Assembly: GCA_049472355.1 (NCBI GenBank) | Contig: JBLIRP010000050.1 | Span: forward strand, 1 to 27,957 | Length of the DNA stretch: 27,957 nucleotides | From: a bacterium | GTDB lineage: Bacteria > SZUA-182 > DTGQ01 > JAFGSM01 | Direction of reading: 5' to 3' | Shown: positions 18,596 through 26,714 of the stretch, piece after piece | How positions within the stretch are numbered: position 1 is the stretch's first letter | How the letters are laid out: each line of letters opens with the position of its first letter | Position numbers and translations under genes: made by a program | Notes under the pieces: generated by a model | Seen by the model: only the letters and a program-made list of their open reading frames with translations | The model's database searches: none | Told to the model about the DNA's origin: nothing

Positions 18596-19890
18596 TGTCC
18601 GGAGAATTCCTTGAGACCACCACCCTGGATGACGCCTATGAGGTGATCCGCACCCATGTCCCCCTGGGCACGAGCGCCGAGATCATTCCCCTGGATGCGG
18701 TTCTGGGCAGGATCACCGTGTGCGAATTGCAGGCCCCTGAGGATCTCCCCCTGTTCGTCAAATCCACGGTGGACGGCTATGCCGTGCGCGCAGCCGATAC
18801 GTTCGGCGCCTCCGAGGGCACCCCCATCTATCTGGAGGTGCTTGGCGAGGTCACGATGGGCTCCGGCAAGGTTATGGACCCCCGGGGAAAAGGAATACCC
18901 CGGTTCAGCCTCCCCCACAATGCGGCCATACGGATTCCCACCGGGGGAATGCTCCCCGAGGGAGCCGACGGCGTGGTCATGGTGGAATATACCCAGCCCT
19001 GTCAAGGAGAAAAGGGAAATGTGATCGAGGTGACCCGGGCAGTGGCCCCGGGTGAGAATGTCATCCAGCGCGGGGAGGATATACGAAAGGGCGAATCCCT
19101 TTTTCCCAAGGGACATCAGCTCAGGCCACAGGACATCGGCATCCTCGCGGGATTGGGGATGACCACGGTCGCGGTCTTCAGAAGGCCGTCGGTAGCCATC
19201 CTTTCCACCGGCCCCGAGGTGTGCCCGGTGGACCGGTTCCCTGAAAAGGGAAAGGTGCGGGACATCAACGCCTATACCCTTGCCGCCGTGGTCAGGGAAT
19301 CAGGGGGAGAGCCGCGCAGCCTCGGCATTTGCCCTGATGATCCGTGGGAACTGAGGGAAAGGGTCGGCGCCGCCCTGACCCGGGCGGATTGCGTGCTCAT
19401 ATCCGGCGGGAGCTCCGTGGGAACCAGGGACTATACCTTCCAGGTCATCACCGACCTCGGCCCTCCGGGGGTATTGGTCCACGGCCTTTCCATACGTCCC
19501 GGCAAGCCCACCATTATCGGTCAGTCAGGGACGGTCCCCATCATCGGCCTGCCCGGCCATCCCGCATCCGCAATGGTCGTTGCACATGCAATCGTCCGGC
19601 CCCTGGTGCACCGGCTATCCGGACTCTGCCTTTCACCGCTGGAGTCAACCCTGGAACACAGCTCCCATACCCTCACGGCAGTCCTCACCAGAAACGTCCC
19701 TTCCTCGCCGGGGAAGGAGGACTTTATGCGGGTGGCGTTAACCGAACGGGAAGGGCGTTTGCTGGCAACCCCCCTGTTCGGTAAGTCCGGGCTCATTTCC
19801 CCCCTGATCAAGGCGCACGGAATGTTCAGAATCCCTGCGGATGCGGAAGGGGCCTATGAAGGTGACGAGATCGAAGTCCGGCTCTTTTGA
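18595..19890 (+). CDS. moeA: Molybdopterin molybdo/tungsto-transferase MoeA (gephyrin-like)
   Basis: P.F..S.VDGYAVRA.D, I.TGG.LPEGAD.VVM.E, GEN....GED, SGGSSVG.RD, RPGKP and GLPGHP.SA motifs. Start overlaps the tatC stop (TAATG). Confidence 0.95.
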   Translation: MSGEFLETTTLDDAYEVIRTHVPLGTSAEIIPLDAVLGRITVCELQAPEDLPLFVKSTVDGYAVRAADTFGASEGTPIYLEVLGEVTMGSGKVMDPRGKGIPRFSLPHNAAIRIPTGGMLPEGADGVVMVEYTQPCQGEKGNVIEVTRAVAPGENVIQRGEDIRKGESLFPKGHQLRPQDIGILAGLGMTTVAVFRRPSVAILSTGPEVCPVDRFPEKGKVRDINAYTLAAVVRESGGEPRSLGICPDDPWELRERVGAALTRADCVLISGGSSVGTRDYTFQVITDLGPPGVLVHGLSIRPGKPTIIGQSGTVPIIGLPGHPASAMVVAHAIVRPLVHRLSGLCLSPLESTLEHSSHTLTAVLTRNVPSSPGKEDFMRVALTEREGRLLATPLFGKSGLISPLIKAHGMFRIPADAEGAYEGDEIEVRLF

Positions 19891-19904
19891 CGGAATGCCG
19901 CTTC

Positions 19905-21191
19905 CTACTTCACCCTTCCTTCCTCATTCGTCTTGATAACGTAAATATCGGAGATCCCCTCCCTCCTGTCGACGATGCCGCCGGCAACCATATAGCCGCC
20001 GTCGCAGGACTGCAGGAGCGCATGGGGATACACACAGGCGGCCCTGGTGAACAGGCTGGCGTATTCATCATCCAGGTCCCTTACCCCGAACGTCGTGGCC
20101 CAGACCTTATTTCCGTCGCCATCCAGCTTCAGAAGATAGGGATCCGCAATGGACAGCTTGGTGTACGTGGAGATGGCCAGGATGAAGGCCCCCCCGGAGG
20201 TCTGAATGACGGAGAAGGCGTTCGCTCCCTTGGTATCCTTTGCGGAGACAAAGGATGCGGGATCCAGGTCCTTGATGCCGAAGGTCTTTTCCCAGACGAC
20301 CTTCCCCTGGCCATCCAGACGTATGACAAGGGCATCCCCCTGCCCGATCTCGGACGTGGAAACCTGCCCCCCGATGATATAGCCGCCGTCGGAGGTCTGT
20401 TTGACGGATCGGGCGGAACCCCGTCCCTTACCGCCGAACATCTTCTCCCACACCTTGTTCCCCGAACCGTCCACCTTGACGATATAGGCCTCCCCGCTGC
20501 CGGAGCCGAATGAATAAGTGGTCCCGGCCAGGATATACCCCCCGTCCGACGTCTGCTTGACATCATGGGCACGTGCCGCGCCGTTCCCGTTAAACGTCCG
20601 GTCCCAGACCGTCTTGCCGTTGGGATCGAGCTTCAGCACGTAGGCGTCACCCTTGCCCGACCCGAAGGACTGGGAATCGCCTGCAACAATATAGCCTCCA
20701 TCGGAGGCCTGGGCCACGGAATGGGCGGTGTCCCATTCCTTGCCTCCGAGCGTCTTTTCCCACACCTTGTCTCCCTTGGCATCCAGTTTGAGGACATACA
20801 CGTCGCACTTCCCTGCGCCGGCGGATTGGGTGCCTCCTGCCACGATGTAGCCGCCGTCCGAGGTCTGGCAGACGGATTCCGCGCTGTCCGTATCCTCGCC
20901 CCCGTAATATTTTCCCCATACCTTGCTTCCCGCAGCGTTCAGCTTGAGGAGATAGACATCACTCTTTCCCGAGCCGAACGAAAACGTCTCACCGGCAAGG
21001 ATATAGCCGCCGTCCGAGGTCTGTTGAACCGCATGGGCGACATCGATATGCTTCCCTCCGAACGTCCTTCCCCAGGTGATCGTTTTTTTGGAGGGCGGCG
21101 GCTCACCGCACCAGGCCCCTGACGGAAACCAGCACACCATGCCGATAACCGCAAGACCGAAAAGTATATACATGACATTCCGTTTGTGCAT
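19905..21191 (-). CDS. Exported 7-bladed beta-propeller protein (QTSDGGYI.AG repeats)
   Basis: GGAGGT RBS before ATG 21191; hydrophobic leader. Seven ~52-aa repeats W.KTFGG...D.A.SV.QTSDGGYI.AG.T.S.G.G..D.Y..KLD..G. Confidence 0.85.
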   Translation of the reverse strand: MHKRNVMYILFGLAVIGMVCWFPSGAWCGEPPPSKKTITWGRTFGGKHIDVAHAVQQTSDGGYILAGETFSFGSGKSDVYLLKLNAAGSKVWGKYYGGEDTDSAESVCQTSDGGYIVAGGTQSAGAGKCDVYVLKLDAKGDKVWEKTLGGKEWDTAHSVAQASDGGYIVAGDSQSFGSGKGDAYVLKLDPNGKTVWDRTFNGNGAARAHDVKQTSDGGYILAGTTYSFGSGSGEAYIVKVDGSGNKVWEKMFGGKGRGSARSVKQTSDGGYIIGGQVSTSEIGQGDALVIRLDGQGKVVWEKTFGIKDLDPASFVSAKDTKGANAFSVIQTSGGAFILAISTYTKLSIADPYLLKLDGDGNKVWATTFGVRDLDDEYASLFTRAACVYPHALLQSCDGGYMVAGGIVDRREGISDIYVIKTNEEGRVK

Positions 21192-21256
21192 CGCAACCTC
21201 CGTGTGAAAGGCATTAATAGTACAAAAAATCAACATAATTCCTTCACCCTATGAAC

Positions 21257-21286
21257 AGTATAACGAACCGCTGCGGATTCTGTCAA
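21257..21286 (-). promoter_or_regulatory. Putative sigma-70 promoter of the propeller gene
   Basis: Minus strand TTGACA-N18-TATACT. Confidence 0.6.
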
Positions 21287-21672
21287 CGTTAATATTGAAT
21301 ATTCTTTTTATTGAATACTATAATTGCTCGCTGCCGTTACGAGTGCCCCTTCCAATGCCCCATGAGGATGGCTTCGCATATCCCGAATCGTCCTTCCAGT
21401 GCAAACAGCCTTGACAGGGTCCCATGGCCGTCCGGTTCACCACGGGACAGGGAATCGTCGTGGGCAGACATGTTTACGGAGCGATACAGGGATGGGAATT
21501 GCGTGCATCCCTTCCTTTGCCTTTGTCCGGTCGTTGGTTTATCATACAATCCTGAGCAGCACAAGGCAGGTGAGTGCTGCTGAAGGCCGCCCGGAGCTAT
21601 CCGGGGAATCCCTTTCATTTCCGGAATGGGTACACAGGCGCCCCGGCCCTCCCCAGAGCAAGGTGCACGACC

Positions 21673-22728
21673 ATGAACGAAATCATCGACATCGACGGAT
21701 CACTCAAATCCGGGAGCGGCACCATTGTGCGGCACTGTCTCTCCCTCTCATCCATTCTGCGAAGAGAACTTCGCATGCGCAACATACGGGCCAGGAGGAA
21801 AAAACCCGGGCTCCGTCCCCAGCACCTGAAGGCGGTTGAGGCCTGTTGCCTGCTCACCGGCGGAACTACGGAGAGGGCGGCAGTGGGCTCGAGCGAGATT
21901 GTCTATACGCCTGGAGAGGTGATCCGGCATGGCGAATTCAACTGGGACATAGGGACCGCCGGCTCCACCACCATGATGGCCCTCTGCCTCCTCCCGCTGG
22001 GATGCTTCGCTGCGCAAAAATCGTATTATACCATATCGGGCGGGGTATTTCAGGATTTCGCGCCCAATGCATTCCACACAGGAAACGTCCTGTTACCCCT
22101 TCTGAAACGTTGCGGCATCGCTGCCGATCTGCGCGTCATACAACCGGGCTACGTCCCTCTCGGCGGGGGAACGATCAGACTCGAGGTCGAACCGGTTACC
22201 GGAAGGCTGAAACCTATGCGTCTGTCCAGGCAGGGGCGTATCACCGGCATCAACGGGATTGCCGTCGCCTCCCATCTCACAGAAAGGCGGGTGAGCCGGA
22301 GGATGGCGGACGCCTGCGTAAAGGAGCTCAGGGCATCGGGGTATCACGCCGAAATAACCATTATCGAAGACGACACCTCGAATCAGCCGGGGGCGGGGCT
22401 CTTCATCAGTGCGAAGACCGATACCGGGTGTATCATCGGCGCCGATATGGCGGGTAAAATCGGACGAAGCGCGGAACATATAGGCGCCTCGGTTGCACGG
22501 GCCCTTCTGGAGGATATACGGTCAGGCGCAACGGTGGATCGCCATACTGCGGACCAGTTGATCCTGTATGCAGGACTGGCCGAAGGGGAGAGCGAATACG
22601 TGATCCCGGCCATGAATGACCACATCGATGCCAACCTGTGGCTGGTCGAACACATCCTGGGCGCCCGGGTCAGCGTCCGGCAGGGGCGCATCAGCATAAG
22701 AGGGATCGGTTTTGAGCGGTCCTCGTAA
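21673..22728 (+). CDS. rtcA: RNA 3'-terminal phosphate cyclase
   Basis: IDGS...G.G..VR, NIRA.R.KPGLRPQHL, DIGTAGS, G..P.GGG, D.H.ADQL and catalytic-His region DHIDAN. ATG at 21673. Confidence 0.92.
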   Translation: MNEIIDIDGSLKSGSGTIVRHCLSLSSILRRELRMRNIRARRKKPGLRPQHLKAVEACCLLTGGTTERAAVGSSEIVYTPGEVIRHGEFNWDIGTAGSTTMMALCLLPLGCFAAQKSYYTISGGVFQDFAPNAFHTGNVLLPLLKRCGIAADLRVIQPGYVPLGGGTIRLEVEPVTGRLKPMRLSRQGRITGINGIAVASHLTERRVSRRMADACVKELRASGYHAEITIIEDDTSNQPGAGLFISAKTDTGCIIGADMAGKIGRSAEHIGASVARALLEDIRSGATVDRHTADQLILYAGLAEGESEYVIPAMNDHIDANLWLVEHILGARVSVRQGRISIRGIGFERSS

Positions 22729-22774
22729 AAAGGGGCAGGAGGGGCAGGAACCGCTGCCTGCCGCCTCATGCCCC
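22727..22774 (-). terminator. Probable intrinsic terminator between convergent rtcA and subtilase genes
   Basis: Imperfect GC-rich stem GGGGCAGGAGGGGCAGG / CCTGCCGCCTCATGCCCC. The A5 run at 22727-22731 gives a U-tract on the minus strand. Confidence 0.55.
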
Positions 22775-22792
22775 GCTGTTTACCTTAGCTCA

Positions 22793-25357
22793 TCAGGGGC
22801 ATTCGAGCTCTATCTCGATGTCCCGGGAGCAGCTATCGCACTCCCCTTCGTAGTTGTCACCGCCGCAGGGATCCTCCGGTGCGCTGACGCCCACCGAATC
22901 GTATCCGTCACAATTCTGGTCGATGCCGTCACCCTCGATCTCCACGGCACCCGGATTGATTGCAGGATCATTATCATTGCAGTCATTCCCACCGGAGAGA
23001 ACGGAGATGTAACCATCCTCGTCCAGATCAATCAGGTCAACGCCGTCGCAGTCCTGATCAATGCCGTCGTTGAGGATCTCCGGCGCACCGGGATGAATAT
23101 TCGGGTCGGTATCGTTGCAGTCCGTACCCCCTGCATCGAGGGATGCATACCCGTCGGCATCGACGTCCACAAGGTCCGCCCCGTTGCAATCCTGGTCGAT
23201 CCCGTCGTTAGGGATCTCCACTGCCGCGGGATTGATCGTCAGGTCCGTATCATCGCAGTCCCTGCCCCCCGTTTCGACCGATGCATACCCGTCCCCGTCC
23301 GCATCAACGAGGTCCGTGCCGTTGCAGTCCTGGTCGATCCCATCGTTGGGGACCTCCATGGCACCGGGGTAAATGCCCGGATCGTTGTCGTTGCAGTCCG
23401 TGCCGCCCGATTGCACCGAGAAATAGCCGTCTTCGTCTGCATCAACGAGGTCCATGCCGTTGCAGTCCTGGTCGATCCCGTCGCTGGGGATCTCCGGGGC
23501 ACCAGGGTAGACGCTCGGGTCGTTGTCGTTGCAGTCCTCCCCACCCGAGGCAACGGATGCATGCCCGTCGCCGTCGGCGTCAATTACCAGCCCCGCCTTT
23601 GCCCGGGACACGGCAGCGCCGGCGTCAACGAGCCCGTAGCCGAACTCCTGGTCCCACCCGGTGGGACCGATGTCCTCCGCGGTCTCCCGCAGGAGTATTC
23701 GAACCTCCTTCACGGAGAGGCCGGGATTCGCGGAGAGCATCAGTCCGACCACGCCGGACAACTCGGCGGTGGCCATGGATGTCCCCTGCATCAACCGGTA
23801 GACGAACTGGGAGGTATCGCACACGGTCTCCTTGAAAGCCGAATCAAACTGATACCTCGTTGCGTAGGTGATCTGCATGATGCCGTCGGCGTATCCGTCC
23901 TTGTTGAAATCCTTCCTGAGGTATCCGCCGGGCGTGGCGACCTCCACCTGGGGGCCATAGTTCGAATAGTAGGCCCGCTTGTCCTTGTATTCGGTCCCTC
24001 CCACCGCGATGACCTCCGCATAGGCGGCAGGAAAGCACACCTTGTCTTCGAGGTTGTTTCCGGTGCCCGCCACCATCACGACCCCCGCATCGGCGGCGTA
24101 AGCGATCGCCTCGTGCACGATGGGCCCCGGATCGACGCCGGGGGACCAGGCCAGGCTCATGTTGATCAACTTCGCCCCGTGATCCACCGCATAGTATATC
24201 GCCTCGGCGATGGAGGAGGCGTAGCCGATGCCCCGGTAGTCGAGGACCTTGAGGTTCATGAGGGTGCACTCCCGGGCGATGCCGGTGTCGGTGTCGGGAT
24301 CGAGGGTATGCGCCGCGATGATACCGGCAAGGTGCGTACCATGGCCGTTGGTATCATTCGGGTGCGTATCCTTGTTTACGAAATCGTATCCGTGGATGTC
24401 ATCGATGTACCCGTTCAGGTCATCGTCAACGCCGTTATCGGCGGCCTCAACGGGATTGGTCCAGAAGTTGGTGATCTCCAGGTTCGGGGCCTTCGCATAC
24501 GTGCTGCCCTGTACACGCAATGCCTCGTGTTCCGGCACGGCGTAATCCTCGTACGCGACACCGGTATCCAGGAGGGCGACCACCACTGACGGTGCCCCGA
24601 TTGTTTCCTGCCAGGCGGCTTCGACGTTCAATTTGTCCAAAAACCACATGAGTTCCCTTTTCTGGTTCGGGTCTTCGGCAAGCTGCAGGTACTCCGTGAT
24701 GGTTATTTCCGCCTTTGCATTCGGATCGAGGATATAGTACGGATCATCCTTCATGAGATCCAGATCGATAAGCGAGGCGTCAATGGAGGAGGCGTCCTGC
24801 ACCGCGGTGCACTCGTAGTCCAATTGGGCATATTCGATCACATCCGGTGGTTCGGCCCAGTACCGCTCCAAAAGTTCCTCCACCGACTCTCCTTCAGCAG
24901 GAAACACCTCGTAGAATCCCCCCTGGGAGACCATACGGCCGAGCCTTCCGTGCAGATTCGGCCGATATCCCTTCCGTATATGGTCAGCCTCCTCAGGAGA
25001 AAATTTCACCAGTATGCGGCTGCGGTGATAGGCGCCGGCTGGCTGAATCCGTGCATCATCGGCCGTCACATGGGCTTTCGGCACGCCGCCCTGTGTGGAT
25101 TCATCGGGATACAACCCGGCTGTGCCACCGCCCACGTAAGAACGGCCATAGTTCCCCCTTCGATGTGCCGCATTCGCGGCATAGGCCGTTGCGGAATGGC
25201 CGCTGGCGTGCGGTGACGGAGATGACGCAGCCATGATGCGGGCTTCGTGAGTATCCGCCGCATGCCTCCCGGTATCGGTCACATTCTGCACAAGCAGGAG
25301 CATACATGCCAGGTACGTGACAATTAAGAGAATATACGGTATTTTACCTATTCTCAT
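22793..25357 (-). CDS. Secreted S8 (subtilisin-family) serine peptidase with five C-terminal Asp/Cys-rich putative metal-binding repeats
   Basis: Triad motifs VALLDTG, NGHGTHLAG and QGTSMA; oxyanion AGTGN; N-terminal hydrophobic segment and prodomain. ATG 25357 follows GGGAG. Confidence 0.92.
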   Translation of the reverse strand: MRIGKIPYILLIVTYLACMLLLVQNVTDTGRHAADTHEARIMAASSPSPHASGHSATAYAANAAHRRGNYGRSYVGGGTAGLYPDESTQGGVPKAHVTADDARIQPAGAYHRSRILVKFSPEEADHIRKGYRPNLHGRLGRMVSQGGFYEVFPAEGESVEELLERYWAEPPDVIEYAQLDYECTAVQDASSIDASLIDLDLMKDDPYYILDPNAKAEITITEYLQLAEDPNQKRELMWFLDKLNVEAAWQETIGAPSVVVALLDTGVAYEDYAVPEHEALRVQGSTYAKAPNLEITNFWTNPVEAADNGVDDDLNGYIDDIHGYDFVNKDTHPNDTNGHGTHLAGIIAAHTLDPDTDTGIARECTLMNLKVLDYRGIGYASSIAEAIYYAVDHGAKLINMSLAWSPGVDPGPIVHEAIAYAADAGVVMVAGTGNNLEDKVCFPAAYAEVIAVGGTEYKDKRAYYSNYGPQVEVATPGGYLRKDFNKDGYADGIMQITYATRYQFDSAFKETVCDTSQFVYRLMQGTSMATAELSGVVGLMLSANPGLSVKEVRILLRETAEDIGPTGWDQEFGYGLVDAGAAVSRAKAGLVIDADGDGHASVASGGEDCNDNDPSVYPGAPEIPSDGIDQDCNGMDLVDADEDGYFSVQSGGTDCNDNDPGIYPGAMEVPNDGIDQDCNGTDLVDADGDGYASVETGGRDCDDTDLTINPAAVEIPNDGIDQDCNGADLVDVDADGYASLDAGGTDCNDTDPNIHPGAPEILNDGIDQDCDGVDLIDLDEDGYISVLSGGNDCNDNDPAINPGAVEIEGDGIDQNCDGYDSVGVSAPEDPCGGDNYEGECDSCSRDIEIELECP
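22892..23581 (-). repeat. Five 138-bp (46-aa) intragenic repeats D.D.DG..S...GG.DC.D.D..I.PGA.EI..DGIDQDC.G.DL
   Basis: Counted directly from the translation. Confidence 0.9.
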
Positions 25358-25471
25358 ATGTTTCACTCCCTTTCAGCATCCCGAAGCCTTCCGGTGTGCA
25401 CTCCCTGTCTGAAAGGTCCGGGACCGTTCATGGGATTGCCTCGTTATGGTGAACGTGCCGCAGTGACCCTG

Positions 25472-25936
25472 TTATTGGGTCACGAATTTGATTCTTACCC
25501 GCGCGGCAAACCGGTTTGTGTCCTTTTTGTACTCCAGGATCTGGTCAACGATCCCGATCAGCCCCGATTGGCCCGCCAGTGCGGCCGTGAGCTGCCCGTC
25601 GGCATCCACCATGCCCAGCAGGGTATCCGGCCCAAGGGCATCGAACTCCTCCTTGGTCAGTACATGGGCATAGGTGACCAGCACCCCTTCGCTCGTGTAC
25701 GAAAGCCTCTTGAGGCATTCGCACCTGCGCACGAATACGTGGATATAGGTTACATCGGGACCCAGGTATTCACCGATCATGTACCCGATGACGCTTTCCC
25801 CCACCGCAGGGGCGTTCAGGTAATCGGCGGCCGTGCTGCCGTCGATGATCCCCCCGGCATGCACCACGCTTGCACTCAGGAATACTACCAAAAAAATGGA
25901 GAGGCAAATGTTAATGCGTTGCGCCTTGGTTAACAT
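25472..25936 (-). CDS. Small secreted hypothetical protein (154 aa)
   Basis: AAGGAG RBS before ATG 25936; signal peptide ending VHA|G. First gene downstream of a sigma-54 promoter and directly upstream of the subtilase. Confidence 0.72.
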   Translation of the reverse strand: MLTKAQRINICLSIFLVVFLSASVVHAGGIIDGSTAADYLNAPAVGESVIGYMIGEYLGPDVTYIHVFVRRCECLKRLSYTSEGVLVTYAHVLTKEEFDALGPDTLLGMVDADGQLTAALAGQSGLIGIVDQILEYKKDTNRFAARVRIKFVTQ

Positions 25937-26015
25937 TGTTCTGCTCCTTTCCGATGTATACTGCATCCTGGTTTGTCAACCGTATCTATATATATCATCT
26001 CACGCCATCCCTAAG

Positions 26016-26031
26016 AGCAAGCGGTATGCCA
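26016..26031 (-). promoter_or_regulatory. Sigma-54 (-24/-12) promoter
   Basis: Minus strand TGGCATACCGCTTGCT matches TGGCAY-N5-TTGCT. Confidence 0.75.
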
Positions 26032-26673
26032 CAACCGTTACCGCGGGCATGACGTACAAATTTCTCTTTTGAAAACAACAAGAAAGAGATTGAATAAAAA
26101 CCCTTTGTCAACCGCAATGAAGATCGAATCAATTAAGGGACCTGTTTTTCGCCGGAATGGATAAAAGGGGGCGTTCTGCTTAAATTAGATTTATTTTCAA
26201 TGTATTACGTTGATTTATACCATGATGTGGCCTGCTGAGGGGGCGGATTCTCAGGGGAGGCATATACGTAAATAAAACCCGGGGGCAGGGATAATTATGT
26301 TGTTATCTTACTGTTTTTTAGGGTATATATTTCTTCCGACACGTCAAGAGGGGATTATCTCAGAGGCGTACGAATATGTTCAAATTACGGCACACCGCAG
26401 TGTAAATAAAGTGATCATTTATGGTTTATATATTGAAATTATTGGCTATTTATCGCATCAAAAAAGATGTTCAAATTACAACATGTGGTGTCGAATATGA
26501 TTGATCATTGCGGGTAATATATTAAACAGTTGTGCTGTTCGAAAACGTTACGAGGGGTTGTCCTTCTACCCCTTTGATGATGCGTCCTCATCGATCTTAA
26601 GCAATCAACCTTTCAATTGAGGCATAGTGCGCGTGAAAACAATGTTCCCTGCGGCGATCAACATTCATTATGC

Positions 26674-26700
26674 GGCCCGGGAGGAAAATCCTCCCGGGCC
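26674..26700. terminator. GC-rich hairpin just downstream of the second subtilase gene
   Basis: GGCCCGGGAGGA-AAA-TCCTCCCGGGCC is a perfect 12-bp stem 14 bp past the stop codon. No clear U-tract on the minus strand. Confidence 0.55.
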
Positions 26701-26714
26701 CCTTTTCAGGTTAT

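Noticed and set aside
21480..21530. Minus-strand GGCAAA...CACGCAA resembling a c-di-GMP-I riboswitch
   Set aside because: It lacks the GNRA-capped stem between the two motifs and the downstream P2 stem.
22712..24589. 625-aa plus-strand ORF and other long antisense ORFs (13627-15003, 9137-10183, 4800-5759, 10251-11132, 11986-12852)
   Set aside because: They lie antisense to well-supported genes, have no recognisable motifs, and are expected shadows of GC-rich codon usage.
26297..26500. Short ORFs in AT-rich intergenic regions (also 18-263, 38-451, 3502-3705, 3781-3966, 17292-17483)
   Set aside because: No convincing RBS or motifs, and atypical composition; these regions are better explained as promoter DNA.
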